Positions 8,844 to 17,735 of a DNA stretch of 43,147 bases are shown piece by piece (the first letter of the stretch is position 1; every line of letters starts with the position of its first letter). Origin of the DNA: Desulfovibrio sp. (GTDB lineage Bacteria; Desulfobacterota; Desulfovibrionia; Desulfovibrionales; Desulfovibrionaceae); the NCBI GenBank assembly GCA_031275465.1, contig JAISOT010000212.1:1-43147 (forward strand), given 5' to 3'. The position numbers were made by a program, and so were the translations under genes. The notes beneath the pieces are model-generated. The model did not search any database, was not told where the DNA came from, and worked only from the letters and a program-made list of their open reading frames with translations.

Positions 8844-9704
8844 CTAGCCCAGCGTAGCCTTGCCGACTCTGGGTTCAACCAGACAACAGGGGCGGGCGGA
8901 GACGATGCGCACGCCGCTGGCCCGCGTGGGGCCTATCTTGAGAAAGCAGCCCATTACGGTGAAGCGGCCGCCGAGCCCCAGAGGACCGACATTCGTTGCG
9001 TTAACCGCGTCGACAACCTTTCGCTCCCATTCATTTTGCCGTGAAAGATCCCCGTCGGCCATGGCTTCCAGCATCAGGGCCGATGCCTCCACCTGGCTCC
9101 GCCCTATGCCTATGGCCGGGATGGCGGGCGTACAGCCAAGCAGCGACACTTCTTCCGAAAGCCAGCCGGCGACTTCGCCGATGACCTTTTCCATGCTTCG
9201 CTTATGGAAGATACGCCTTGTCCTGGCCCGGATTTCGGGGCCTCCGCCCAGCATCAGAACAGCCAGATCCAGTTTGTCTCCGGGCACCGAGCGGGTGATC
9301 ACCGGGGCATGCTCCAGGGCATCCGAATTTTCAAAAAGCCCCTGGGATTGTTCCACCCGCTGCACGCCGTCGCCCTTGACCGCCATGGGTCTTCCGGGCA
9401 GAGTGAGCAATCCGGCCGCCACGCCTTCACGTATGGCCTTCAGCCATCCCGCCGGGAGAGCGCACTGTTCGCCTATGCGCAACAACACATGGGGGGTGCC
9501 GGTATCATCGCAAAGGGGGAGCTTTTCCCTCTGGGCAATTTGGGCATTCTCCAGCATCAGCTGCAGAAACCAGCGCGCATTGTCGTTTTTTTCAGCGGAC
9601 GCCGCTTTTTCATAGGCAGCCAGCCTGTCGGGAGTGTAGCTGCTGCCGGCCGTCACGAGACACTGCTGCGCGGCCTTGCACAAATCCTCGTATGTTATGG
9701 ACAT
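8844..9704 (-). CDS. Fe-S hydro-lyase, tartrate/fumarate family, alpha subunit (divergent)
   Basis: LPLCDDTG, LGCTP, NVGPLGLGG, C-terminal Cys; start MSITYED after GAGGA. Confidence 0.88.
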   Translation of the reverse strand: MSITYEDLCKAAQQCLVTAGSSYTPDRLAAYEKAASAEKNDNARWFLQLMLENAQIAQREKLPLCDDTGTPHVLLRIGEQCALPAGWLKAIREGVAAGLLTLPGRPMAVKGDGVQRVEQSQGLFENSDALEHAPVITRSVPGDKLDLAVLMLGGGPEIRARTRRIFHKRSMEKVIGEVAGWLSEEVSLLGCTPAIPAIGIGRSQVEASALMLEAMADGDLSRQNEWERKVVDAVNATNVGPLGLGGRFTVMGCFLKIGPTRASGVRIVSARPCCLVEPRVGKATLG

Positions 9705-9714
9705 GACAGCTTCC

Positions 9715-10224
9715 TCACTTCGCAAACATGGTTTCACCGTTGACCGCGGCAATAATCACCGGCAGGCCGGTCACTTCAATTTCATAAAGGGCTTCCATGC
9801 CCTCTTCGGGAAAAGCCAGCACCCGCTGACTTGTCGTACGGTAGCTGAAAAGCGCGGTGGTGGGCGTTGTAACGGCAAAGCAGGATCCATTGGCCCGCAT
9901 GGCCTCAACGGTTTCAGGCTTCAAGGCTCCCTTGCCCAGATGCATGCGCACCCCGCCGGCGGACAGCGCGGGAATGCTGCCCTCAATCTCCACCTTGTTG
10001 CTGGAAGTGGGCCCGATGCCCGCGCAACTGACCGCTGTATGAAAAATCACCGAACCTTCAAGCCCCAGTTTTTCCAGGCCAGGATCATTGGTTTCAAGCA
10101 TCTTGACAATTTTGGGAAGAACAGCGTCACGGCCGCAAAGTATACGGCCCATCAGCATGACCTGATCGCCCACCTTGAGGTCGGCCACATCTTTTTTACC
10201 GAGGGGGGTTGTTAATGTGAGCAT
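9715..10224 (-). CDS. Fe-S hydro-lyase, tartrate/fumarate family, beta subunit (divergent)
   Basis: LTTPL..LKVGD, GRDA, IGPTSS, LGKG, EEGMEA; true start MLTLTT at 10224. Confidence 0.88.
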   Translation of the reverse strand: MLTLTTPLGKKDVADLKVGDQVMLMGRILCGRDAVLPKIVKMLETNDPGLEKLGLEGSVIFHTAVSCAGIGPTSSNKVEIEGSIPALSAGGVRMHLGKGALKPETVEAMRANGSCFAVTTPTTALFSYRTTSQRVLAFPEEGMEALYEIEVTGLPVIIAAVNGETMFAK

Positions 10225-10226
10225 GG

Positions 10227-10937
10227 CTATACATCCACCCTGTTTGAAGATTGGAATTGCTTGTAGATCGGTTGCAGGCCGGCACGGTCCAGAGCCTTGT
10301 ACTGCTGGATTTCCGCCGTCCATTTGCCGTCGCGTATGTTTTTGAGCCGTTCGGCAAACTGGGCGGTGTTTTTGTGGGCCTTTTTCCCCACCAGACGGCG
10401 CACCATCATGGCCATGTTCATGGGAGCAAGCCCGGCCGGGCAACGGTTGGCGCACATGCCGCACATGACGCATTCCATGGAGAGGTGCTTGGCCGTGTCG
10501 AAATCCCCCTGCAACAGGGCGGACACGTAATCCAACACCTTGAGATCAAGCGGACAGGAGTTGGTGCAGGTGTTGCAGCCCATACATCGCTTCAGTGTCG
10601 GATAAAGCCTGAGGACGGACTCATCGGTGCATTCCGTGGTGTTTACGTCATATTTGGCTCTATAGATGGGCATATACGGCACCTGGACGATGTACATCTC
10701 ATCCTCGGCGTTGACCTGGCACGCCAACCCGACATTCAGCTTGGGATCGTCCTTTATCCGGTACACAGTGGAGCATGCCCCGCACACGCCGCCTCGGCAG
10801 CCGCAACCCCGGGTGATCTGGTAGCCGGAGTACTCAATGGATTTCATGATGGTCAGACCGGCAGGGACTTCGTACTTTTTCCCAAGAATATATATGCTGT
10901 ATGTTGGATCAGCCGCAGGTGTATTTTTTTCGCTCAT
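10227..10937 (-). CDS. FrdB/SdhB-like Fe-S subunit ([2Fe-2S] plus 2x[4Fe-4S])
   Basis: GCRGGVCGAC...LAC; CMGCNTCTNSCP; CVMCGMCANRCP; AGGAGG RBS. Confidence 0.88.
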   Translation of the reverse strand: MSEKNTPAADPTYSIYILGKKYEVPAGLTIMKSIEYSGYQITRGCGCRGGVCGACSTVYRIKDDPKLNVGLACQVNAEDEMYIVQVPYMPIYRAKYDVNTTECTDESVLRLYPTLKRCMGCNTCTNSCPLDLKVLDYVSALLQGDFDTAKHLSMECVMCGMCANRCPAGLAPMNMAMMVRRLVGKKAHKNTAQFAERLKNIRDGKWTAEIQQYKALDRAGLQPIYKQFQSSNRVDV

Positions 10938-10949
10938 TGCCGACCTCCT

Positions 10950-12584
10950 TTAGCGGGCTTCCATGTGGGTAATTTTGGTCAGGGCCTTTTCGAAACGATA
11001 ATCGGGAAGAATCATCGGCGATCTTGTTTCTGTCTCAACGCCCGCCTGTCTCAGGGTTTCATTATAGAGGTTCAAATGCTCCAGGGTAGGCCTGCCGGTC
11101 GTGACGGACTGAATTTTTTTGGCCGCCGACTCGCCGGACAGCCGCCCGAATACGAAAATATCCAGCAGCGAATTTGCGCCCAGGCGATTCTGGCCATGCA
11201 CCCCTCCAGAAACCTCTCCGGCCGCATAGAGGTTGGGCAACGTGGTTTCTCCGCTTGTATTGATGGTCATGCCGCCGTTCTGGTAATGCTGGGTGGGATA
11301 GACAAGGATGGGCTCTTCCTTGGGGTTGATGCCGTAGCCCATAAAACGGGAGTAAATGCCGGCGAAGCGCCTTTCAAAAGTCCCCGGGCCATGGATCATG
11401 TCAATAAGGGGTGTGTCAAGCCAGGTTCCGACAATGCCCGCCGGGGTCGCCACACCCTTGCCCCGGGAGTTGCATTCCCTGATAATGGCGGCAGCCAGAG
11501 CGTCACGCGTTTCAAGGTTGGCGGCGAACATCTCCCCTTCGCAATTCAAAACCTGGGCGCCTTGCGCGCGCAGGGCCTCGGAAATCAGCAATCCCAGCAA
11601 TTGTTCGGGCCAGGCCGTTCCTGTGGGATGAAACTGCACCGACTCGATATAGATAAGTTTGGCGCCGGCCCTGTAGCCCATGACAATGCCGTCCGCGGTG
11701 GCGCCATAGTGGTTGGAGGTGGGGAAACCCATGGGATGAAGCCGCCCCATGCCGCCTGTGGCCATGATGACGACCTTGGCCTTGACCGTCAGCAGTTTGC
11801 CGTTATCCAGATTTTGCAGGACAGCGCCGCAGCACTGCCCCTTGTCGTCCAGAATGAGTTCCAGGGCCGGACAAAATTCCAGAAGCGGAATTTCCTGGTT
11901 ACGCACTTCGTCAGAAAGCACCCGCATGATTTCAAGGCCGGTCAGGTCCATGATGGAGTGGGAACGGCGCCGGGAGTGCCCGCCCGGACGGTGATTGAAC
12001 AGGGAACCGTCCGCGCGGCGGTCAAAATTGACGCCCAGGGCAGACAGCCAGTCCAGAATGAAAGGCGCCTCCGTAACCAGCACTTCCACCAGTTCCTTCA
12101 CATTGGTGCCGCGCCCGCCGATAATCGTGTCGACATAATGGATAGCCGGGGAATCCGCAGGATCGGTGGCTGCGGCAATACCGCCTTCAGCCATAATCGT
12201 GTTGGAATCGCCACATCGCAGTTTGGTGGCAATCAGCACATTCGCCCCTGCCGCCCTGGCCGTTATGGCGGCGGAGAGGCCGGCGCCGCCGCTGCCTATC
12301 ACCAGAATGTCGGTACAGTAGTCGGGTTTGTCGAGATCGACATCCTTCGGGTTAAGCCGACTGGGAGCTTCAACAATGTTCGCCATTTCGTCCGGTGCCA
12401 AATCGCCGGTATTCGCCCCGACACGCAGCGCCCTCTTGACCTTGAGATTAAAATCCGGATGAAAGTCCTGCAAAAGCTTTGCTTTTTCATCCACGGTCAA
12501 CTCGGGATGCATGGTGCCAAAACGGGCCTGCCGTGTGGCATTCGCCTTCTGAATGGAAGGCATCATGGATGCAGGATACGCCAT
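10950..12584 (-). CDS. FrdA/SdhA-like flavoprotein
   Basis: VIGSGGAG, MAEGG, ATGGMG, QFHPTG, SEALR, ETRD, PTQHYQNGG, VHGQNRLGANSL. Confidence 0.92.
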   Translation of the reverse strand: MAYPASMMPSIQKANATRQARFGTMHPELTVDEKAKLLQDFHPDFNLKVKRALRVGANTGDLAPDEMANIVEAPSRLNPKDVDLDKPDYCTDILVIGSGGAGLSAAITARAAGANVLIATKLRCGDSNTIMAEGGIAAATDPADSPAIHYVDTIIGGRGTNVKELVEVLVTEAPFILDWLSALGVNFDRRADGSLFNHRPGGHSRRRSHSIMDLTGLEIMRVLSDEVRNQEIPLLEFCPALELILDDKGQCCGAVLQNLDNGKLLTVKAKVVIMATGGMGRLHPMGFPTSNHYGATADGIVMGYRAGAKLIYIESVQFHPTGTAWPEQLLGLLISEALRAQGAQVLNCEGEMFAANLETRDALAAAIIRECNSRGKGVATPAGIVGTWLDTPLIDMIHGPGTFERRFAGIYSRFMGYGINPKEEPILVYPTQHYQNGGMTINTSGETTLPNLYAAGEVSGGVHGQNRLGANSLLDIFVFGRLSGESAAKKIQSVTTGRPTLEHLNLYNETLRQAGVETETRSPMILPDYRFEKALTKITHMEAR

Positions 12585-12791
12585 ACTCACCTCGTTTTTT
12601 TGTATGTGGGCAATACTGTAACCACTCCATTTCGCTTACCCGCTGAATCATGCCCTTGAGGAGGTTCCTGACAATACCCGAACACCGCCCGCTGCGGTTT
12701 GCCGCCAAACCAACAGTGAGCGGGTCAGGCTCCGGGCGTAACGCCCTTGCGGCCAGGCTTTCAATCCGCCAAGACATGTACTGTCTGCCAT

Positions 12792-12807
12792 TGCCAGAAT
12801 CATGCCA
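12792..12807 (-). promoter_or_regulatory. sigma54 -24/-12 promoter of the frdA-like operon
   Basis: Minus strand TGGCATGATTCTGGCA (GG-N10-GC), next to a sigma54 activator gene. Confidence 0.7.
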
Positions 12808-12965
12808 CACCCGCCTTCGGGCAAGCCTCTGCCCCGCAGGCCCGCAGACTGAATATTTTTGAACGCCAGACAATACATTTTCCTGCGGGCGCCACATGTG
12901 GTATAAACCTATTTATTTATAATTATTGTAAAATTATTTTCATTGGACAATATAACATATTTACT

Positions 12966-12994
12966 TATTGCATCTATGTTGCTATAGTGTTGCA
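12966..12994. promoter_or_regulatory. Candidate activator binding site, 11-bp-period direct repeat
   Basis: TATTGC-ATCTA-TGTTGC-TATAG-TGTTGC; AT-rich tract 12900-12965 lies between it and the promoter. Confidence 0.55.
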
Positions 12995-13031
12995 GAAAAA
13001 ATCTGATGAACGCCGGAACAGCGAGGCCACA

Positions 13032-14909
13032 ATGACAAAACCCATTCTTTTCATCGTGCCTTATGGAGCCATGACCAGGGAAAGGATGACCGCCTATTCC
13101 AGACAATACCCGAACATTGCCTTTGACAGCGTCGATCCCTTGCGGCCGCTGGACAAATTCCGGCGAACGCTGCGAAAATCCACCGAAATAGTGGCCGCAC
13201 GCGGCTCTACCGCCCAGGAAATAAAGCGCGCTTATCCCAATCTGCATGTCGTGGATATTCCCATCACCGCATACGATGTCATACGCGCCATAAACGCCGC
13301 TGACCATTACGGCAAAACCGTCGCTGTCATTACCAGCTACACGGACATTATCGGCCTTGATGTTTTGGCCATGCCCTACAACATACGCATCCGCAACCAT
13401 CTGCTTACCTCTGTTGAAAAGCTCCATGAAACCATCAGCAAGGCCATGGACATGGGCGCGGACATGATCATGGGCGGGGCGCTCACCAGAAAAGTCGCCA
13501 TGGATATGAACGTCCCGGTCGTGTATCTCCCCTTTGGGCCGGAAAGCATGCAACAGGTGCTGAAGGAGGTGCAGCATATCCAGACCGCCATTGAAACCGA
13601 AGCCGTTGAGAAAAATTTTGTCAACAGACTGCTTGACAATATCATAGAAGGGGTGGTCGCCGTTGATGCCCGCAATGCCATCAGATCCGTCAATGCGGCG
13701 GCGAGACACATTCTGGGCCTTTCAGGCCGCGCTCTTCTTGGGGAGTCTCTGGAAGCGCTGGCGCCGACGTTTTCTCCCCAAACCGGGAAAAATCAGGCAG
13801 AAGAACTGGCTTCCATACGGGGAAACATGGTGATGCTTAACAGGATCCCCGTTATGTACCGGAACCGCTGCCTCGGCACCATCTTCACCCTGCATGAAGG
13901 CCGGAAAATTGAGACAATGGAGAAGATTATCCGCAGAAAAATGTATACCAAACCGCATACAGTCCGGTACACGTTTGCGGATGTCATGGGAAAAAGTCCG
14001 GCCATACGGCGGGCCATCGAAAACGGAAAAAGTTACGCGCGCACCGAATCCAGTATTCTGATTACCGGAGAATCCGGATGCGGCAAGGAGATTTTCGCCC
14101 AAAGCATTCATCACGAGAGCGCGCGAAGGGAGCACCCCTTTGTGGCGGTCAACTGCGCGGCGCTGTCCAAGGATTTGCTGCAGAGCGAGCTTTTCGGTTA
14201 TGTGGAAGGGGCATTCACAGGCGCCTTGCGCCAGGGCAAGATGGGCCTGTTTGAGTTTGCCCACAGGGGCACCATATTTCTTGATGAAATTGCGGAAATG
14301 GACTATGCCAACCAGGGCAATCTTCTCCGCGTCATCCAGGAACGCTACGTGATCCGCCTGGGCAGTCACAACCCCGTTTTTGTCAATGTCCGCGTCATTG
14401 CGGCCACCAACAAGAACCTGACCCAACTGGTGCGGGAAGGGAAATTCCGCAACGATCTCTATTACCGCCTCAACGTGCTGGCTCTTGAAATTCCCCCCCT
14501 GCGGGAAAGAAAGCAGGATATCGCCTCACTTCTGCTGCATTTTCTCCACGAACATCCTTCAGCGTACCGGGGCAGATTCGTATTGCGTGAAGACGCGGAA
14601 GAAGCCCTCTCCCGGTATTCATGGCCCGGCAATGTGCGCGAATTGAGCAATATAGCCGAACGTCTTGCCGCCACTGCCAAAGGGTGCGAAATTACCCGGC
14701 AACAATTGTCGGCGTCCATGCACCTGCCCGATGCTCCCGCACCGGGAATATACCGGGAACGTCTGGACGCGATCAACCACAAAAAAGACCTCCAGCTTCA
14801 GGAAATCAAGCAGGCGATTGCCGCCTGCGACGGCAACCTCGGGCAGGCTGCCCGCGAACTGAACATCAACCGGACGACGCTCTGGCGGCGCATCAGACGG
14901 CTGCCCTGA
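13032..14909 (+). CDS. PrpR-like sigma54-dependent activator (PrpR_N, PAS, AAA+, Fis HTH)
   Basis: ARGSTA and VVDIPITAYD (PrpR_N); GESGCGKE, SELFGYVEGAFTGA, FLDEI, FRNDLYYRL, WPGNVREL, INRTTLWR. Confidence 0.93.
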   Translation: MTKPILFIVPYGAMTRERMTAYSRQYPNIAFDSVDPLRPLDKFRRTLRKSTEIVAARGSTAQEIKRAYPNLHVVDIPITAYDVIRAINAADHYGKTVAVITSYTDIIGLDVLAMPYNIRIRNHLLTSVEKLHETISKAMDMGADMIMGGALTRKVAMDMNVPVVYLPFGPESMQQVLKEVQHIQTAIETEAVEKNFVNRLLDNIIEGVVAVDARNAIRSVNAAARHILGLSGRALLGESLEALAPTFSPQTGKNQAEELASIRGNMVMLNRIPVMYRNRCLGTIFTLHEGRKIETMEKIIRRKMYTKPHTVRYTFADVMGKSPAIRRAIENGKSYARTESSILITGESGCGKEIFAQSIHHESARREHPFVAVNCAALSKDLLQSELFGYVEGAFTGALRQGKMGLFEFAHRGTIFLDEIAEMDYANQGNLLRVIQERYVIRLGSHNPVFVNVRVIAATNKNLTQLVREGKFRNDLYYRLNVLALEIPPLRERKQDIASLLLHFLHEHPSAYRGRFVLREDAEEALSRYSWPGNVRELSNIAERLAATAKGCEITRQQLSASMHLPDAPAPGIYRERLDAINHKKDLQLQEIKQAIAACDGNLGQAARELNINRTTLWRRIRRLP

Positions 14910-14981
14910 ACAAGACGCTTCGCGGAGCGATCCTCGCGCCGTCATGCGCCGGGGCAAACGTGAGGTTGTTTTCCGCCCGCG

Positions 14982-16544
14982 TCAACGCCTCTTGATTTGC
15001 CGTATCACATCAATAACGGTGCCGTCGCGGTACTCAACCAGAGTAACAATTTTGTCGGTGCACGGCATCGGTTTGGGCACCCCCAAAAGACGTTCCGCAA
15101 CACGCTGCAATTCCTCAATTGATACCAGTTTCAGGCGGCTCTTCTCCAGATTTTCCTTGAGCAGGGGGTACGTCTTGTGCTTCGGGTTGAGGGCTGTGCC
15201 CGCCTCGGTGACAACCGCGGCCACGGTTTCTCCGGGGGTGCACAGAGTAAAGACGCTTTTTACCACCGAAGGGGTTCGTCCACGCACAATGGGCAACGTC
15301 ACGATGGGAACTTGCGCGCCGGCGGCCACGTCGGGCCCGCCGCCCAGGCCGCCCATCATTTCTCCGCTGGAGCCGGTAAGAATGTTCACATTGAAATCTA
15401 CGTCAACCTCCAACGCTCCCAGAATGCCGAAGGTCAATTGGTTCACCATGTTGCCCTTGCCAAAAATATTCGCATAGACGCTGTTGTCGCATTCCACAAT
15501 ATTGGGATTCGAGGTCATGGCCCTCGCCGCGACCGAGTCAAAGCACTGGCTGCACTGGATGGTGCGGATAAGACCGCGCTGAAACATTTCCACGATAGCC
15601 GAGGTGGAACCACCAAGGGAAAAACTCGCCTGTATGCCCTTTTCCTCCGTCAAATCAGCCAGATAATTGGTGCAGGCGATACTGATGGCGCCTGCCCCGG
15701 TCTGGAAGGAGTAGCCGTCCGCGAAGAGGCCCGAATGCGCTATGAACTGCGCGGCTGATTCCGCAATGAGCAGATCCCGGGGATTTTTGGTGACGCGGGC
15801 CGCGCCCTTCCCGATTTTTTCGCTGTCGCCTATCTGATCCACCACGACGACAAAATCGACGTCCTGTTGGGATATGCTGGCGGGAACACAGGGATAGTCC
15901 ACCAGGCAATCGGTGATGACCACAACCCGGCCGGCGCATCTGGCGTCAATGAACGAATAGCCCAGGGCGCCGCAGGCGTTGGGGCCAGTCAGGCCAGTGG
16001 CATTACCGTATTCGTCGGCGCTGGATGCCCCGATAAAGGCTACGTCAATTTCCAGCTCTCCCGTTTCTATCGCCATGGGCCGGGCGCCATGAGGACGAAG
16101 GATGACGGGATTGTCCATAAGCCCGTCAATGACCGCATCGCCGAGCTGGCCGCGGATGCCGCTGGCCTCAATACGGTCTATTGTGCCGTCCCTGACGAAA
16201 TCGACAATGGACGGATTGCGTATGTTGATGACCGCGCTCGGCGCGAAGCGAAGCCTTTTTATGCCCAGTTCGCGAATGACCGTGAGCACCTGACCGATAA
16301 TCATATCTCCTTCGCGGAAACTGTGATGAAAAGAAATGGTCATGCCGTCCTCAAGCCCGACGGCCCTGACGGCATCTTTCAACGATGCCCGCCGCTTGCT
16401 TTCTCCCGGCCGAAGCAGCGTCAGTCTGCGCTTGCTGCGCACCGGAACATCCGCCGGCACAACGGAAAAAGGCCCCATATAGGGTTTGAGTGCGCGTCCG
16501 TTCAGTATTTCCGGAATTTTTCTACCAGCGCTGTTAACGATCAT
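14982..16544 (-). CDS. citF: Citrate lyase alpha subunit / ACP transferase homologue (divergent)
   Basis: DGMTISFHH, FQTGAG, ALEVDVDFNVN, VRGR, VEYRDGTVID; follows citD and citE. Confidence 0.9.
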   Translation of the reverse strand: MIVNSAGRKIPEILNGRALKPYMGPFSVVPADVPVRSKRRLTLLRPGESKRRASLKDAVRAVGLEDGMTISFHHSFREGDMIIGQVLTVIRELGIKRLRFAPSAVINIRNPSIVDFVRDGTIDRIEASGIRGQLGDAVIDGLMDNPVILRPHGARPMAIETGELEIDVAFIGASSADEYGNATGLTGPNACGALGYSFIDARCAGRVVVITDCLVDYPCVPASISQQDVDFVVVVDQIGDSEKIGKGAARVTKNPRDLLIAESAAQFIAHSGLFADGYSFQTGAGAISIACTNYLADLTEEKGIQASFSLGGSTSAIVEMFQRGLIRTIQCSQCFDSVAARAMTSNPNIVECDNSVYANIFGKGNMVNQLTFGILGALEVDVDFNVNILTGSSGEMMGGLGGGPDVAAGAQVPIVTLPIVRGRTPSVVKSVFTLCTPGETVAAVVTEAGTALNPKHKTYPLLKENLEKSRLKLVSIEELQRVAERLLGVPKPMPCTDKIVTLVEYRDGTVIDVIRQIKRR

Positions 16545-17437
16545 GAGTCGCCTCCAATCCTGATTCCCGCTGCCCTGGCCATGGCAATGACATTCTGGGC
16601 GCGGATGACGATGGGTTTGTCTATCATGCTGCCGTCAAGGGACACGGCTCCCTTGTTCAGGCGTTCGCCTTCCTCTATGGCGTCCAGCACTCGAAGGGCA
16701 TGGTTGATTTCTCTTTGCGTCGGCGTAAACGCCGCGTTGATGATGTCCACCTGACGCGGATGTATGGCCGTCTTGCCGTCAAATCCCAGGGTTTTTGTCA
16801 TCCTGGCGTCAATCTTCAGCCCCTCCACGTCGTTGACGTCAGAAAACAGCGCATCAATGGCGTCAACCCCTGCCGCCCGGCAGGCCATAAGAATGGCGTT
16901 TCTCGCAAAGAAGATTTCCCATCCCTCCTTGGTGCGCCGGGAACGCATACTGGCGGTGAAATCCTCGGCTCCCAGAATCAGCGCTTCCACCCTGGGGCTG
17001 GCCTCGGCGATTTCCTTTGCGTTAAGAACCCCGATATGGGATTCAAGCGTGCACCACAGCTTTACGCCGCCTTCCTCCATGCCGGCCGCCTTTTCTATGG
17101 CGCTGATCTTGCCGTCGATCTCCCGCACTTCCCCGGCTGCCTCCACCTTGGGGATACGCAGCGCATCCGGCCGCGCCCGCACCGATGCCTCAAGGTCTTC
17201 GTTGAAGTAACGCGAGTAGATGCCGTTGACGCGTATCTGCACATGCTTGTCCTTGGGGCGGTGCCGGCGCACCATGTTGCAGACCAGAAAGCGGGCCGCG
17301 TCCTTATCCGCCGGAGGGACGGAATCTTCCAGATCATAAACCTGGCAGTCCTGATTGTAGAACCCGGCCTGTATCATGTTTACGACGCTGGCGCCGCTGG
17401 CGTAAAGGGAAGTCCTTTTGAGGCTGCTACTGGGCAT
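16541..17437 (-). CDS. citE: Citrate lyase beta subunit / acyl-ACP lyase homologue
   Basis: DLEDSV, IRVNG, RIPKVE, GAEDF, LGFDGKTAIHPRQ, DGSMIDKP; start MPSSSL after AAGGAGG. Confidence 0.9.
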   Translation of the reverse strand: MPSSSLKRTSLYASGASVVNMIQAGFYNQDCQVYDLEDSVPPADKDAARFLVCNMVRRHRPKDKHVQIRVNGIYSRYFNEDLEASVRARPDALRIPKVEAAGEVREIDGKISAIEKAAGMEEGGVKLWCTLESHIGVLNAKEIAEASPRVEALILGAEDFTASMRSRRTKEGWEIFFARNAILMACRAAGVDAIDALFSDVNDVEGLKIDARMTKTLGFDGKTAIHPRQVDIINAAFTPTQREINHALRVLDAIEEGERLNKGAVSLDGSMIDKPIVIRAQNVIAMARAAGIRIGGDS

Positions 17438-17735
17438 GGGGATCCTCCTTGGACCAATCGTACTGAATTTCGCCCGCACGACAGATCACAGCCTGCATGC
17501 GGGAACGGATAACGGCATCAATCGCCCCTTTGTCATTGAGCGATACATGCGCCTCCTCAACCCCGAATTCTCCAAGCACGCTGCGTACCGTTGCGAGGAT
17601 GGAATCCCCGAACTGCATTTTGACGACGCTTTCCAGTTCAAGCTCAATCCCCTTGCCGGGATTGGGAGCAATGGTGACTTGAATATCGCTGGATTCCAGC
17701 GTCCCGGCAATAGCGTTTTTTTTCAGCTCCAACAT
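17427..17735 (-). CDS. citD: Citrate lyase acyl carrier protein (gamma)
   Basis: AGTLESSD (prosthetic-group Ser), QFG, DKGA; 102 aa after AAGGAGG. Confidence 0.93.
   Translation of the reverse strand: MLELKKNAIAGTLESSDIQVTIAPNPGKGIELELESVVKMQFGDSILATVRSVLGEFGVEEAHVSLNDKGAIDAVIRSRMQAVICRAGEIQYDWSKEDPHAQ

Noticed and set aside
10251-12659. 802-aa plus-strand ORF
   Set aside because: Antisense shadow of the frdA/frdB-like genes; no recognisable motifs
12690-12710. GGCAAACC as part of a c-di-GMP-I riboswitch
   Set aside because: No GNRA/receptor or downstream GCAAAG element seen
12747-13031. 95-aa N-terminal extension of the regulator ORF
   Set aside because: Overlaps promoter and AT-rich regulatory DNA; GAGG RBS supports ATG 13032
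506-14909. 2-methylcitrate cycle (PrpR plus PrpD)
   Set aside because: No prpB or prpC, and the PrpD homologue lacks the canonical RWLDFND motif
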